DNA of 64,000 nt from Squalus acanthias. Taxonomy: Eukaryota. The position numbers were made by a program, and so were the translations under genes. The notes below the pieces were generated by a model. That model was not told the DNA's origin. It searched no databases and saw only the letters and a list, made by a program, of their open reading frames with translations. The stretch lies in assembly GCA_030390025.1 (NCBI GenBank), contig CM059432.1, positions 90,646,001-90,710,000 of the forward strand, written 5' to 3'. Within the stretch, counting starts at the first letter, position 1. Each line of letters starts with the position of its first letter. Shown piece after piece: positions 36,921 to 49,820 of the stretch.

Positions 36921-37560
36921 TAAGAACATAAGAACATAAGAAATAGGATCAGGAGTAGGCCATTTGGCCCCTCGAGCCTGCTCCACTATTCAATAAGATC
37001 ATGGCTGATCTTCTACCTCATCTCCACTTTCCTGCACTATCCCCATATCCCTTGATTCCCTTAATATTCAAAAATCTATCGATCTCTGTCTTGAATATAC
37101 TCAATGACTGAGCCTCCACAGCCCTCTGGGGTAGAGAGTTCCAAAGATTCACCGCCCTCTGAGTGAAGAAATTTCTCCTCATCTCAGTCCTAAATGGCCG
37201 ACCCCTTATTCTGAGACTGTGACTCCTGGTTCTAGACTCGCCGGCCAGGGGAAACATCCTCCCTGCATCTACCCTGTCAAGCCCTGTAAGAATTTTGTAT
37301 GTTTCAATGAGATCATCTCTCATTCTTCTAAACTCTGCAGAATATAGGCCTAGTCTACTCAATCTCTCCTCATAGGACAATCCCCCCATCCCAGGAACCA
37401 GTCTGGTGAACCTTTGTTGCACTCCTTCTATGGCAAGTATATCCTTCCTTAGTTAAGGAGACCAAAACTGTGCACAATACTCCAGGTGTAGTCTCAGCAG
37501 GGCCCTATACAATTGCAGTAAGACGTCTTTACTCTTATACTCAAATCCTCTTGTAATAAA
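36921..37560 (-). mobile_element. CR1 3' fragment, apparently nested in a MITE (~36824-38050)
   Basis: ORF 37018..37422 QRFTRLVPGM...RNFFTQRAVNLWNSLP; (aagaacat)n tail. Confidence 0.92.
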
Positions 37561-38259
37561 TGGGTTAGATAGGTCTTCGGAGAATGGGGGCAACCGGGAG
37601 AGAAAGGGAGTGTGCGATTGGGAGTGGGGGTCGAGGCAGCGATCGGGAGGAGTCAGAGACAGCGATTGGGGTTGGGGGGCACGTGGTGACCAGCCGTGAC
37701 CCATGATTTTAATATGCTTTCAAGAGGAGCACTCCTGAACCTCCCAACTCCATGTTCAGGTAAGTATTATTTAAAAACTTACCTTTTTGATGGCGTCCTG
37801 CAGCGGTCTCTTTCAGAATTGCTGGTTAGGCCGCATGTAGATCTGTTTTTACTGAACGCATTTGATAAAGGAGGCATCAAACAGGAGTTAGGCCCCTTGT
37901 TTGCACAGGCAAAGGAACTATCGCCTGTTTTAGGTGTGGGCCCAGACATCTATTTTGATACCTATGCCAATATGGCGGGCGGTTCACTGCCAGCTCAGAA
38001 TTATGCCCGCCATATTGGATGCTTTGGAGCAGCGTCATCAAATCTCTAGGCTGATATATGTCCAAGTTGGGATAGTGTGTGATTTGGAGGGGATCTTGGA
38101 GGTGATGGTGTTCGCAAGATCTTGCTGCTCTTGTCTGAAACTAACAATAAGACAATAAAGATGATGCAGTATAACAAGATTTATAAATCTATACATGCTT
38201 TATAAATAATAAATGCTTTTGAAATTAGATTGTTTATTCTCAGAATTTGGTATTGACAG

Positions 38260-38490
38260 ATATTGGAGCTGAATGAGACAGTCCATAATTTAAAAGATGA
38301 AATGTTGACCTTGCAACATCGATATGAAGAAAAGTGCAGCCAAATGGAAAGTTGTGAAGAAATGATTGATCAACTGTCAGAAGAGTTGAATGGAAGTCAA
38401 GAGGACTTACAAAATAACAAGGACCACATCCAGCAGTGCGAACAATTAATCCAGATATTAAAAAACGAGGCCCAGAAGATGCAAAGAGAG
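38260..38490 (+). CDS. Internal coding exon F (ILELNETVHNLKDEM...EAQKMQRE, 77 aa)
   Basis: Acceptor ...tattgacag, donor GAG|gttaaa; 231 nt, in frame with ORF 38263..38535; coiled-coil pattern. Confidence 0.85.
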
Positions 38491-38904
38491 GTTAAAATAT
38501 TTAAATTACTGAATTTGTGTTGTGACCTGAAGTGAAACTTACTTATAACTACTGTACAAAAATACTGAACTATGAGCTATGAGTAGTTCAGGGTGAGGTG
38601 CTCAATATCAATATGAATATAAATGGATCAATGGTGACCTTGCTCATGGTGAGTTATGTGCTACGTAATGTACAAAACATTATTCGTGGCTCTGATTTAT
38701 GAGCCCCGATTTTAAATTGGACGGGTGGGGGCTGGGGCAGGCAGCAAACCATCCTGACCTTGGCAACGTAAAGCTCGGGCAATTTTAACTCGCGGGTCTG
38801 CTCCTCATGCCGCCAGTCAGTTAGCCACGTGAAACCGCCGGGAAGCAGCAGCTGGCTGGCAGGTCAGAGCATAATGTAGGGTGACAGGAGACTACGGTAA
38901 GTTT

Positions 38905-39160
38905 TTAAAAATTCGTTCATGAGATGTGGGCGTCGATGGCAAGGCCAGCATTTATTGCCCATCTCAAATTGCCCTCGAGAAGGTGGTGGTGAGCCGCCTT
39001 CTTGAACCGCTGCAGTTCGTGTGGTGAAGGTACTCCCACAGTGCTGTTAGGGAGGGAGTTCCAGGATTTTGACCCAGTGATAATGAAGGAACGGCGATGT
39101 ACTTCCAAGTCAGGATGGTGTGTGACTTGGAGGGGAACTTGGAGGTGGTGGTGTTCCCGG
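38905..39160 (-). mobile_element. 3' fragment of the 950-4333 LINE family inside a probable MITE (~38700-39468)
   Basis: Reverse complement of 4085-4330. Confidence 0.85.
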
Positions 39161-39732
39161 GGTTTCGGGAGGGCCACTTCTGGCCTCAACTCTTTTTCCT
39201 GCTTGGTTGACCTGGCGGGAAAGCCACAACCGCTTTCCCGCTCATGCCAATGGTTAAATTAGCAGTTAGGCCCCGTGACCTCATCGGAACCCAATCTGCA
39301 TATTTAAAGTAAGATCCCACCAGTTTCCAGTGTGTGCCCTTCCCGACCGCTCAGGTTAAAATGAAAGACTACGGGATGGGAGCGCAACGTTGGTGGGTAA
39401 GTTTCCCAGGCGATTTTAACTACCCGGCCGCCCAGTTTCCGCCGGGCAGGCAGCGTTAAAATTGCCCCTATGGTGATTGAATAATTAAAATTATGTTTAT
39501 TGCAAAGTATCATGGACTGTTTATATTTTCCAGTCACATTATGTGATTATGTCCACACTTTCATAGAATTTGTACATCAGTAGCTTTCATAATTGTTGTT
39601 ATACATTTGTTTAGCTATGTAATTAATTTTATATCTTGCCTTTTTTTAAGTCCAGGATCCAAAGGAAGACAGTAGGGAAGATGTAGTTGAAGGCAGATAT
39701 GAGGCATGTAGAAGTACTGAGGATGACAAAGG

Positions 39733-40474
39733 GGCTTGGAGTTTCCGCTCGATTGTGCTGTTTTTTTTCAGCGCAATTCCCCCAATATCGGCGTAAGCCG
39801 TGCAAAAGATCGTGGAATTTTAAGCACAAATTGTGTTCGGCGCAACTCGAGTTTCCGCGGTCTTTTGCGCTAGTTTGTAAAATATCGTGCTAGTAACAGG
39901 CCCCGCCCACAAAACTGGCCACGCCCACAGGGTGAATTAATCACCATTGGGAGTTTCTGCTAATTGCGCTCGTTTGCGGGCCTTCACGGTGGCTCCAAAA
40001 ATGAAGCTGGATCTTTTGGACGCAAGGACGCTATTAGGTATGTTTTGAATGTTTTTTTTTTAATTTACTAAGGAACTCACTACTGTCCCCCAATCTAGCT
40101 AGAAAATAGTTTTGTATATTTTTTAAAGTTATTTTCAATAATTTTAAATTGAGTTACTCACAGGTGGTGGATTGACACTGATTTTAAATGCTTATTTTTT
40201 GTGGTAAACCAATTTTCAGCTGTATTAATCAAACTTTACCAAGTTACCACACCTAAATATATCAAGGAATATTTTTTAAAGGAAAATTTAAAAAAAATAT
40301 TATGTTTTAAAACGCTGCCCGATTGCACTGGTTCATGACAAATTTTGTGTTCAGCAAGATGCAAATGAGTTTGAGCAGAAACTCAGGAAAACAAACACTT
40401 TTCAAAACGGGTGTAGTTTTGAGTGCAACCTGCACTGGAATCGCCAATTGCGCCCAAGGTGGAAAGTCTACCCC
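39733..40474. mobile_element. Harbinger-type MITE
   Basis: Imperfect TIR GGCTTGGAGTTTCC / GGAAAGTCTACCCC; probable AGG TSD; homologous to 23102-23718. Confidence 0.75.
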
Positions 40475-40699
40475 AGGGTTTTGTCTTTTTCGTGGTGTTG
40501 GGAGGGTGGTCATGAAGTATGGGAAGGGAGTGTTGGGGTGTGGGAGTACTAGAATTAATGTGTTAGGTGTGTGGAATTGGTGGGAGGAGATGCTCGGTTG
40601 TGGTAGTGCTAGGAAGATGGTCTTGAGTGTGGCTGTACTGGGATGGTGGTGGCAGATGTTATATTATGATTTTTTTTTTATATATATGTAAAAGTGTAC

Positions 40700-41468
40700 A
40701 GATACATAAATATTAAAAATAGGTGGGCAGGTAAAAGAAAGCAATTCAGAAGGCTTTTGGGGTTATAGCAATGGGGATTGAATACAAAAACAAAGAGGCC
40801 ATGGTGACTACAAAATAATAGTTGTATTATTACAGATTCCGCATCTGGAATACAGTGTGCAGTTTTGGGTTCCTCGGTATAATATAATATCCCTGGAGAA
40901 ACATAGATTTACCAGAATAGTACCAGGGATGAAGGGTCTATGTTATGAGGATAGGCTGGAGCAACTAGGGCTGTATTCTCTCAAACTAAGAAAGTTGAGT
41001 GGGTATTAACCAATTTTAATCGCTCCACCATGGTGGCCGTGCCTTCAACTGCTGAGGCCTTAAGCTCTGGAATTACTTCCCTAACCCTCTCCGCCAAAGG
41101 CGGGTATATGGAGTTAGATTGCAGATCAGCCATGATCCCATTGAATGGCGGAACAGGCTCGAGGGGCTCAATGGCCTACTCATGTTCCTATGTACCGCTT
41201 TTTCCTTCTTTAAGATGCTCTGTAAAAACTACCTCTTTGACCAAGCTTTTGGTTATCTGTTTTAATATGTCCTTATGTGGCTCGGTGTCAAATTTTGTTT
41301 GAGAACACTGCTGTGAAGTGTCTTGGCATGTTTTACTAAGTTAAAGGCACTATATAAATACAAGTTGTTGTTGTTGTTATTTGATACAGGTGTTCAAAAT
41401 GATAAACGAAATAGACAAGGTGAATATAGGTATATTATTTCAGTGCTAGGTAAATCGAAGACAAGAGG
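40700..41468 (+). mobile_element. Old CR1 3' region with nested L2 tail (~41012-41378) and CR1 tail (~41095-41195); old CR1 resumes at ~44662-44950
   Basis: PHLEYSVQFW-like sequence; L2 tail ending (gtt)n; decayed gaatgtgaaatgctttgcca after the young CR1. Confidence 0.65.
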
Positions 41469-44400
41469 GCTTTAAACTAATTAGTGGGGGGGAGGTTTCA
41501 AGAGAGCAAAAAATAAAAATGTCAGCGGAGAAGGCAATAGAGCAAAGTAGCAGTGGGGTAATTAAAAACCAGAGCGTGTCAGGAAGGGACAGAATATATA
41601 AAGATAAAGGTAAAGTAGTAAAGGGGGTAAAAGCAGGAATAAATTGTCACAAAACATATTTAAAAGTTCTTTATCTGAATGCACGCAGCATTCGTAACAA
41701 AATAGACGAATTGACGGTACAAATAACTACGTATGGGTATGATCTTGTGGCCATTACAGAAACATGGCTGCAGGGTGACAACGACTGGGAATTAAATATG
41801 CCAGGGTATTTAACAATCAGGAAGGACAGACAGGAAGGAAGAGGAGGTGGGGTAGCTATGTTAATAAAGGAAGGAATCACTGTATTACAGAGAAATGATA
41901 TTGGGTCAAAGGATCAGGATAATGAAACAGTTTGGGTGGAGATAAGGAATAATAAAGGGAAAAAAACACTAGTGGGAGTAGTATATAGGCCTCCTAATAG
42001 TTGCAACTCTGCTGGAAGAAGTATTAATCAGGAAATAGTTGGGGCATGTAATAAGGGAACAGCTATAATTATGGGGGATTTTAACTATCATATTAACTGG
42101 ACAAATCAAATTGGGCAGGGCAGCCTTGAGGAAGAGTTTATTGAGTGTATTAGGGATGGATTTCTTGAGCAGTATGTAACTGATCCTACAAGGGGGCAAG
42201 CAACCTTGGACCTGGTCCTGTGTAATGAGTCAGGATTAATTAATAATGTCCTAGTTAAGGATCCCCTTGGAATGAGTGACCATAACATGGTTGAATTCCA
42301 TATCCAATTAGAGGGTGAGAAGGTTGGTTCTCAGACAAGCGTACTGAGCTTGAATAAAGGAGACTATGATGGTATGAGAGCAGAATTGATTAAAGTGGAC
42401 TGGGGAAATAGATTAAAGGGTAAGACGGTACATGAGCAGTGGTGTTCATTTAAGGAGTTATTTTACAACTTTCAAAAAATATATATTCCACTGAGGAAAA
42501 AAAGGTGTAAAAGAAATGACAGCCATCCGTGCCTAAGTAAAGAAATTAAGGATAGTATCCAACTAAAAACAAGGACATATAAGGTAGCCAAACTTTGTGG
42601 GAGGATAGAAGATTGGGAAGTCTTCAAAAGACAGCAAAAAGTAACTAAAGGATTGATTAAGAAAGGGAAGATAGATTATGAAAATAAATTAGCAAAAAAT
42701 ATAAAAACAGATAGCAAGAGTTTCTATAGTTATATAAAAAGAAAAAGGGTGGCTAAGGCAAACGTAGGTCCCTTAGAGGATGAGACCGGGAAATTAATGG
42801 TGGGAAACATGGAGATGGCAAAAATGCTGAACAAATATTTTGTTTCAGTCTTTATGGTAGAGGACACTAAGAATATCCCAACACTGGACAAACAGGGGGC
42901 TCTAGGGGGGAGGAGCTAAATACGACTAAAATCACTAAGGAATTGGTACTCAGTAAAATAATGGGACTCAAGGCGGATAAATCCCCTGGACCTGATGGCT
43001 TACATCCTAGGGTCTTGAGGGAAGTGGCAATAGGGATTGTGGATGCTTTGGTAATAATTTTCCAAAATTCCCTGGACTCAGCAAAGGTCCCGGCAGATTG
43101 GAAAACTGCTAATGTAATACCCTTATTTAAAAAGGGTAGTAGGCAGAAAGCTGGAAATTATAGACCAGTTAGTCTAACATCTGTGGTGGGTAAAATTTTG
43201 GAGTCTATTATTAAGGAGACAGTAACGGAACATTTAGATAAACATAATTTGATAGGACAAAGTCAGCATGGCTTTATGAAGGGGAAATCATGTCTGACAA
43301 ATTTGCTTGAGTTCTTTGAGGACATAACGTACAGGGTGGATAAAGGGGAACCAATGGACGTAGTGTATTTAGACTTCCAGAAGGCATTCGACAAGGTGCC
43401 ACATAAAAGATTATTGCTCAAGATAAAAAATCACTGGATTGGGGGGAATATTCTGGCATGGGTGGAAGATTGGTTATCTAACAGGAAGCAGAGAGTTGGG
43501 ATAAATGGTTCATTCTCGGACTGGCAACCAGTAGCCAGTGGTGTTCCGCAGGGGTCGGTGCTGGGTCCCCAACTCTTTACAATCTATATTAACGATTTGG
43601 AGGAGGGGACCGAGTGTAACATATCAAAGTTTGCAGATGATACAAAGATGGGAGGGAAAGTAGAAAGTGAGGAGGACATAAAAAACCTACAAAGGGATAT
43701 AGACAAGCTGGGTGAGTGGGCAGAGATTTGGCAGATGCAATACAATATTGGAAAATGTGAGGTTATGCACTTTGGCAGGATAAATCAGAGAGCAAGTTAT
43801 TATCTTAATGGCGAGAAACTGGAAAGTACTGCAGTACAAAGGGATCTGGGGGTCCTAGTGCAAGAAAATCAAAAAGTTAGTATGCAGGTGATCAAGAAGG
43901 CCAACGGAATGTTGGCTTTTATTGCTAGGGGGATAGATTATAAAAACAGGGAGGTATTGCTGCAGTTATATAAGGTATTGGTGAGACCGCATCTGGAATA
44001 CTGCATACAGTTTTGGTGTCCATACTTAAGGAAAGACATACTTGCTCTCGAGGCAGTACAAAGAAGGTTCACTCGGTTAATCCCCGGGATGAGGGGGTGG
44101 ACATACGAGGAGAGATTGAGTAGATTGGGACTCTACTCATTGGAGTTCAGAAGAATGAGAGGCGATCTTATTGAAACATATAAGATTGTGAAAGGGCTTG
44201 ATCGGGTGGATGCGGTAAGGATGTTCCCAAGGATGGGTGAAACTAGAACTAGGGGGCATAATCTTAGAATAAGGGGCTGCTCTTTCAAAACTGAGATGAG
44301 GAGAAACTTCTTCACTCAGAGGGTAGTAGGTCTGTGGAATTTGCTGCCCCAGGAAGCTGTGGAAGCTACATCATTAAATAAATTTAAAACAGAAATAGAC

Positions 44401-44661
44401 AGTTTCCTAGAAGTAAAGGGAATTAGGGGTTATGGGGAGCGGGCAGGAAATTGGACATGAGGCTGAGTTCGGATCGGTCGAGGCCCTGTGGGTGGCATAG
44501 CGGGCCCAGGGGCTGAGTGGCCGGGTCCTGCTCCTACTTCTTGTGTTCTTTAGATTTGAGGTGAGGATCAGATCAGCCATGATCTTATTGAATGGCGGAG
44601 CAGGCTCGAAGGGCCGATTGGCCTACTCCTGCTCCTATTTCTTATGTTCTTATGTTCTTAT
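41469..44661 (+). mobile_element. Young CR1 LINE with essentially full-length ORF2 (APE endonuclease + RT) and one frameshift at ~42905
   Basis: ORF 41519..42919 YLNARS, VAITETW, GVVYRPP, MGDFN, SDHN; ORF 42943..44460 [31 protein letters not shown]; (ttcttatg)n tail; possible TSD aagagg. Confidence 0.96.
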
Positions 44662-47600
44662 AAGAGGCTGTGCTCTTAAGATAAATATAGATATATAAAG
44701 GTGGGAATTTAGAAAAACTTTGAGTTATCAGAATGTGAAATGCTTTGCCACAAGTGATTGATGTTAAATCGATTGCAATAATCAAAAAGGTACTGGATAA
44801 TTATCTAAAGGATAATAACATAAAAGGATATGAAGTGAAGCCATAAGAATTGTATTCATTTGGGGAGAAAGCAAGAACTGGGAGTGGGAGTGTGAAATTG
44901 ACCCTTGAGAGGGTCATAAATTCAGTGCAGGCCTCCTACTCGACTAACATTTCTATATTTTCATAAAACAACTAAGTTAAAAAATTCTAAACTCATCAGT
45001 TTTGCTGCACCATGAAAGAAGTACAGCATTGCTTGAATGCCGTTTAACTCAGAAATATCAAGAATTCTGCAGGGCACAATTCAATGTAGTAATAACTACT
45101 TTTGTTCACTACTGTGCAGGCAAGGATAATTCAAATGTCTGTGTAAGTATCACAAGCACAACTTTGTTTCAGAATTATAAAGCACAGTATTAGTTGGGTT
45201 CAACTAACATAACACAGATGATTGCCAGAATTACAGTGGCATAATCTTAGCCAGGTTCAACTTAACATTACATAAAAGTAATATGCATTTTTGAAAATAA
45301 TACCAGGTACTTGACGGGGTTAGTCTGTTGTAAAGATGCACATACCTGAAATTATAAGCCTCCCCTTTCAGCAAGGAGTCTCGTTTGTTGGGTGCATAGT
45401 TTGGAGAATCAGGTGCGAAGGGCAGCATACCGATTCACAATGCACCTGATTTTCAACATGATTCAGTCGCCTGTCCACAAAGGGTCGAAAAAGCAGCAGG
45501 CAAGCTTTGGGCAAGTCAAAATCGCGGGGTCCAGACTCCATCCTGCGGCACCAAGATAAGTCACGGGATGGGGGAATTGGGGCCGTTTCGCAAATGGGAG
45601 GTGGGGATGGGGGGGTGGGGGGCGGGCTGGCCTGGGGCAGCAGAAGCCTAGAATATCCTTGTGGAGCCCGGAGATGTATTTCTGCTCTTCCTGGCCCTAC
45701 TAATGAAAGTTATTGACTTACCTTAGTGAGCCTCCTCTTCTTCCCCGAGAGGTTTTACAGTGCCCGCACCAGGCGTCTCGCTCAGTCGGCTGTTAAAATG
45801 TCATTGGGTTCTTAATGACATCATAGGAACCCGATTTGCATGTATTCATGGGGCGCCAGCCTGCTTCTGGCAGGCACCTTGGCTGCCTAAAATAAAGTGC
45901 GCCAGTGGGAATCGAGTAGGAACAGGGCATTGAGTACTCACATTTTAACTGCGCACCTGCCCCATTCCTGCCAGGCGGAGTAGTTTAAAATTCCCCCTTC
46001 TGTTTTGTGTTCCTGTTGAATGAAACCCTGTATTGGGAGTGGACTCTGGCAATTGTTAGCCTATGATCAGATGCCAGTTTAACTGTTAGATAAAAACAGT
46101 TTACTCTTTTTCTCCAGGGTACTGATGCTAATCTCCTAAGTATATATTTAGTGAGTCATTTCTAGTCTACTTCCTTCTTGGTTCACCAATGATCCTTTTT
46201 CCTTAATTTCCAGCTTGTATTTATGCTGATCCACTGTTATACTTCGACACACTATTACAAACTATTGGATTATCCTTAACATTGCACATTTCTACATTCT
46301 AAATATTCTTTAAATTTCTCCAATCTATCTATACACTTTTAGCTGCATTCTAAAATCTGAAGTACAAGCCTGTTTTAGTACCTTAATTTATCAAGATCAA
46401 AGCATTACTTAAGGCACTCTTGACAATATCTGCCTCTAGAGTCAACAGGTCAATTGTTAGGTTACAATTAAAGCTGCACAAACATATCTACAAATGTTAG
46501 TTGCTGTACTAACCATCTCTGAAAGTGCTTTGCAACTCCACTTAATTAAAAGTTAGTAAGGTTTATGTTACTTTTAAAACTAGTCCAAGGTACAATATTG
46601 TTTGGCTGAGATGAAAAAAAACTTCTGTTTGATTTGTAGCACTTGACTCATCACTGTTTACAGTTCTAGTTCAGTTCAATTTCCAGTTATGGTACCAATG
46701 CCACACAATGTTAACCTCATTGTATCAGATTTGCTGCAGCTTTTCCTACACACCCAAAGGTAATTAAGCAAAAACTCATGAATATAAGTCTATACACTAT
46801 ATTATTCAAACTTAATTAGTTGCATTTCACAGATGACATTTCTGTAGTCCTGGTGGAATGGGAATCAAAATATTACATGGAATATTTGATCATCTCTGCC
46901 TATAAATATCTTTATAACCTTCAATTCTGCTCTTAACAATATTCATCAAATTCTTTTTTAAAGGAGTTAATTAATATAGCCTTAACTGCTTTTGATGGGA
47001 GTTTATTCCATGGGGGAGATTTTCAACTTACCGTCCAGGCGTAAAACTGGCATTGTGGATTGGCCACTTTTTATAGAAACAATCTGATTTTCATTTCCAT
47101 TGATTTTGATGAAAAGGAAAATTGGGTGATTTCTATGATGGACAGCTGATCCGTAACGCAAGTTGTTTCTTAAATTTGTACTCGTGCTCTATTGCTGTGC
47201 TGACAGTTTAATTGGATACCTTATACTTACATTATCCTTGCCATTCAATATTTTATAGGCTTGTGTCTTGTTCCCTCATTTTTCTTTTTTCAAATATAAA
47301 CATGTTCAGTTCTGTAATCTTGTCTGCATAATTTAAATTTTAGTCTCAGCATCATCTTTATCACTGTTTTCTGAACCCTGTCCAATGTATTAATGCCCTC
47401 TTGAGTATATGATGCTTAAATTTACCCTTATTAATGTTTATTATAGGCTTAAACAATCACATTTTAACTGAAGGTTCATCTTAATTTTTTATATTCCTTG
47501 GTAATAGATTCACTTTAACCAGGTCCTTACAGTGAAAGTTCCTTTTCATCTTCTCAAAAGGACATCCACTGAGGGCACATTTCAAACTTCCTGTGCAGTT

Positions 47601-47881
47601 ATATAACATCTTACTGCTAGCTACTTTGACGTCCATCTGCAGTTCCTTAGTTCTTTCACTTAATTCACCCATATCCCATTGAATGTTCTCCATCTCCCCT
47701 CATTTGCTCATGCATCTTGATGTCATCAGCAAACCTTATGTTAAAGAAAGGATGAAGAATGGACCCCTGTCAGCTCTGCTGTTCGCCAAGACAGAACCTT
47801 GTCAAATTATCATTGTCTTCTGTATTCCTTTTCCAATGTTCAGTTAAACCAACTAATTTGTCATTCATTCTATGAGCCTTA

Positions 47882-48439
47882 GGGGGAAAAATTGGGTTGG
47901 TTAGCGCCTCTCGTTAGCGCCCCCAGCTAAAGGGGCGCAAATCCCCTAACGCCTCCCACGAAATTCAGCGGCGGTGGTAGCCGGTAGCACGCTGTGGCGA
48001 TGGCGTCATCGGCCACAAACTTCCCTTGCGCCCCCTGACCTATCGCCGGACGATATGTCCGACAGGATCAGGGGGTGTTTTTGCAGCAGTGGCGATGCTA
48101 CTTAAAGGGCAGGTGTCGGGCGGCCATTTTTATTTTGGCTGACTGCCAGCACCTGCCCCCTTTCACTTTTTTATGCGGGGTGCCGGCCGCGATCGCTCAT
48201 CCTGGCAATCCTCTTGAGTGCCGGGCTGTTTTCACAGCTCTCCGCTTCCCAGTGGTTCAGCAGGGCCCCAGTGCGTGCAGCACCAAGCCCCTCCCCTTTA
48301 ATCAGGGGAGAAGGCCTGCAATGACTGGAAAGCGCTCCACCTCCTGCTTGGGGCGCTACTACTGAATTTATGGCGGAGGGGCGCTACCTTTTTCGGGGCA
48401 CTAATTGCCCCAAATTGGGCACCACCCAATTTTTCCCCC
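47882..48439. mobile_element. GC-rich Harbinger-type MITE
   Basis: Perfect 16-bp TIR GGGGGAAAAATTGGGT; canonical TTA TSD; sits in a very old minus-strand LINE remnant (gtcatcagcaaa = FADD at ~47722). Confidence 0.92.
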
Positions 48440-48799
48440 TTAGTCTCCTTTAAAAATCAGACATGCAGAAATTTATCGAGTGCTTTCTGAAAATCCACTG
48501 GCTAGCCTTCATCTGCTAATTCAGTTACATTTTCGTGGGATTCCATTAGATTCTTGAGGCATGCTTTATTTTCTCTAAAAACATGCTGAATATTCCTTAT
48601 GACCTAATGATCTAGTCCATAGACTTAATGATTTATAAATTCCTTGATTAACATCAAATGCGAGCTCTCAGATACAGGCCCTGTATTTACACAGCCTCAA
48701 GAAATATTATTCAGAGGCTGTTTGTCAATTATTCATTTTACTGAGAATTCAGGGCATGTCTCATCTTGTCCAAGGACCCTGTATTCATTTTTTTTGGAC

Positions 48800-49165
48800 A
48801 GCAGCTGCTGGTAATGGTTCTGCTGTTGCCATTTACAGCCCCTCAGGACCCATCTTTTGTTTCTTCACTTGTCCCATTACTTTTGCCTTTTGCCTTGCAC
48901 CATCATCCCTTTTGACATTTAATCACTCCTGCCTTCCACCCTACCACAGACCTTCCCTTTTGTTCTTTTCTTCCCTCCCTGCTTCCCCTGCCTCTGTACT
49001 TGCTTAAAATCTGTTACATCTTTTTCCAGTTCTGATACAAGATCATCGACCTGAAACGTTAACTCTGTTTCTCTCTCCACCGATGCTGCCTGACCTGCTG
49101 AGTATTTCCAGCATTTTCTGTTTTTGTTTCAGATTTCCAGCTTCTGCAGTATTTTGCTTTTGTAT
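48800..49165 (+). mobile_element. Penelope-like terminal repeat with decayed hammerhead motif (49028-49064)
   Basis: agtt-CTGATACA-agatc-atc-gacct-GAAA-cgtt-aact followed by gatgctgcctgacctgctgag. Confidence 0.6.
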
Positions 49166-49820
49166 ACATTTTGATGATTTGAGTTCCTTCGATAATTACA
49201 TTTTATCAATATCTGCGTAAGTTTCTGGTTTCTGCAGCAATTTGGAAAATGTGAAGAGGTTAACATGATTTGCAAATATTGATGTGAAGAACTGATTTAA
49301 TTTTACAACATTATTATTGACCACTTAGATTTCAGACGCTATTAATCTTAATTTAGGGCTGTTTTCCTACTCTTTGCACCTGGGGAATGCTTAATCCCCG
49401 GAACCAAAGCACAAGAAAAATGGTTGGAGACTTGTGTTGTATGTCCTTAAGGTTGCTTCAGGCTTCCCTTAAATGGCTTCAGAGTACCTGCAGCTATAAT
49501 AGGTGCAGGATAAGGGCAGCCATGCAACTGAAGCAGGCATCCCAATTCATTTTCCTCTTTGTCCATTTTGAGGTAGTTGACTTTTTTCAGGGCAGCCGGA
49601 TTAGGCAGCATCTCATTAATGTTTTTGATTAACATTTCAGGCCTGCAACAGTTGCTCCCTTTTTTTCAGGATGGGTCTGCAATGGGGTAATTCCTGGCCC
49701 ATGCAATTGTCCTGAACCTGGAAATATAGATGGGTTCAGATCATTGTAGATGGAGCACATATCTGGTGCGCTCCACCTGCCTACTGTCCAGGTGCACCCT
49801 CACAAAAAATCAACCCTATT

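Noticed and set aside
39656..39732. Possible extra host exon (DPKEDSREDVVEGRYEACRSTEDDK) after a pyrimidine tract
   Set aside because: No convincing donor before or after the adjacent MITE, and not coiled-coil-like
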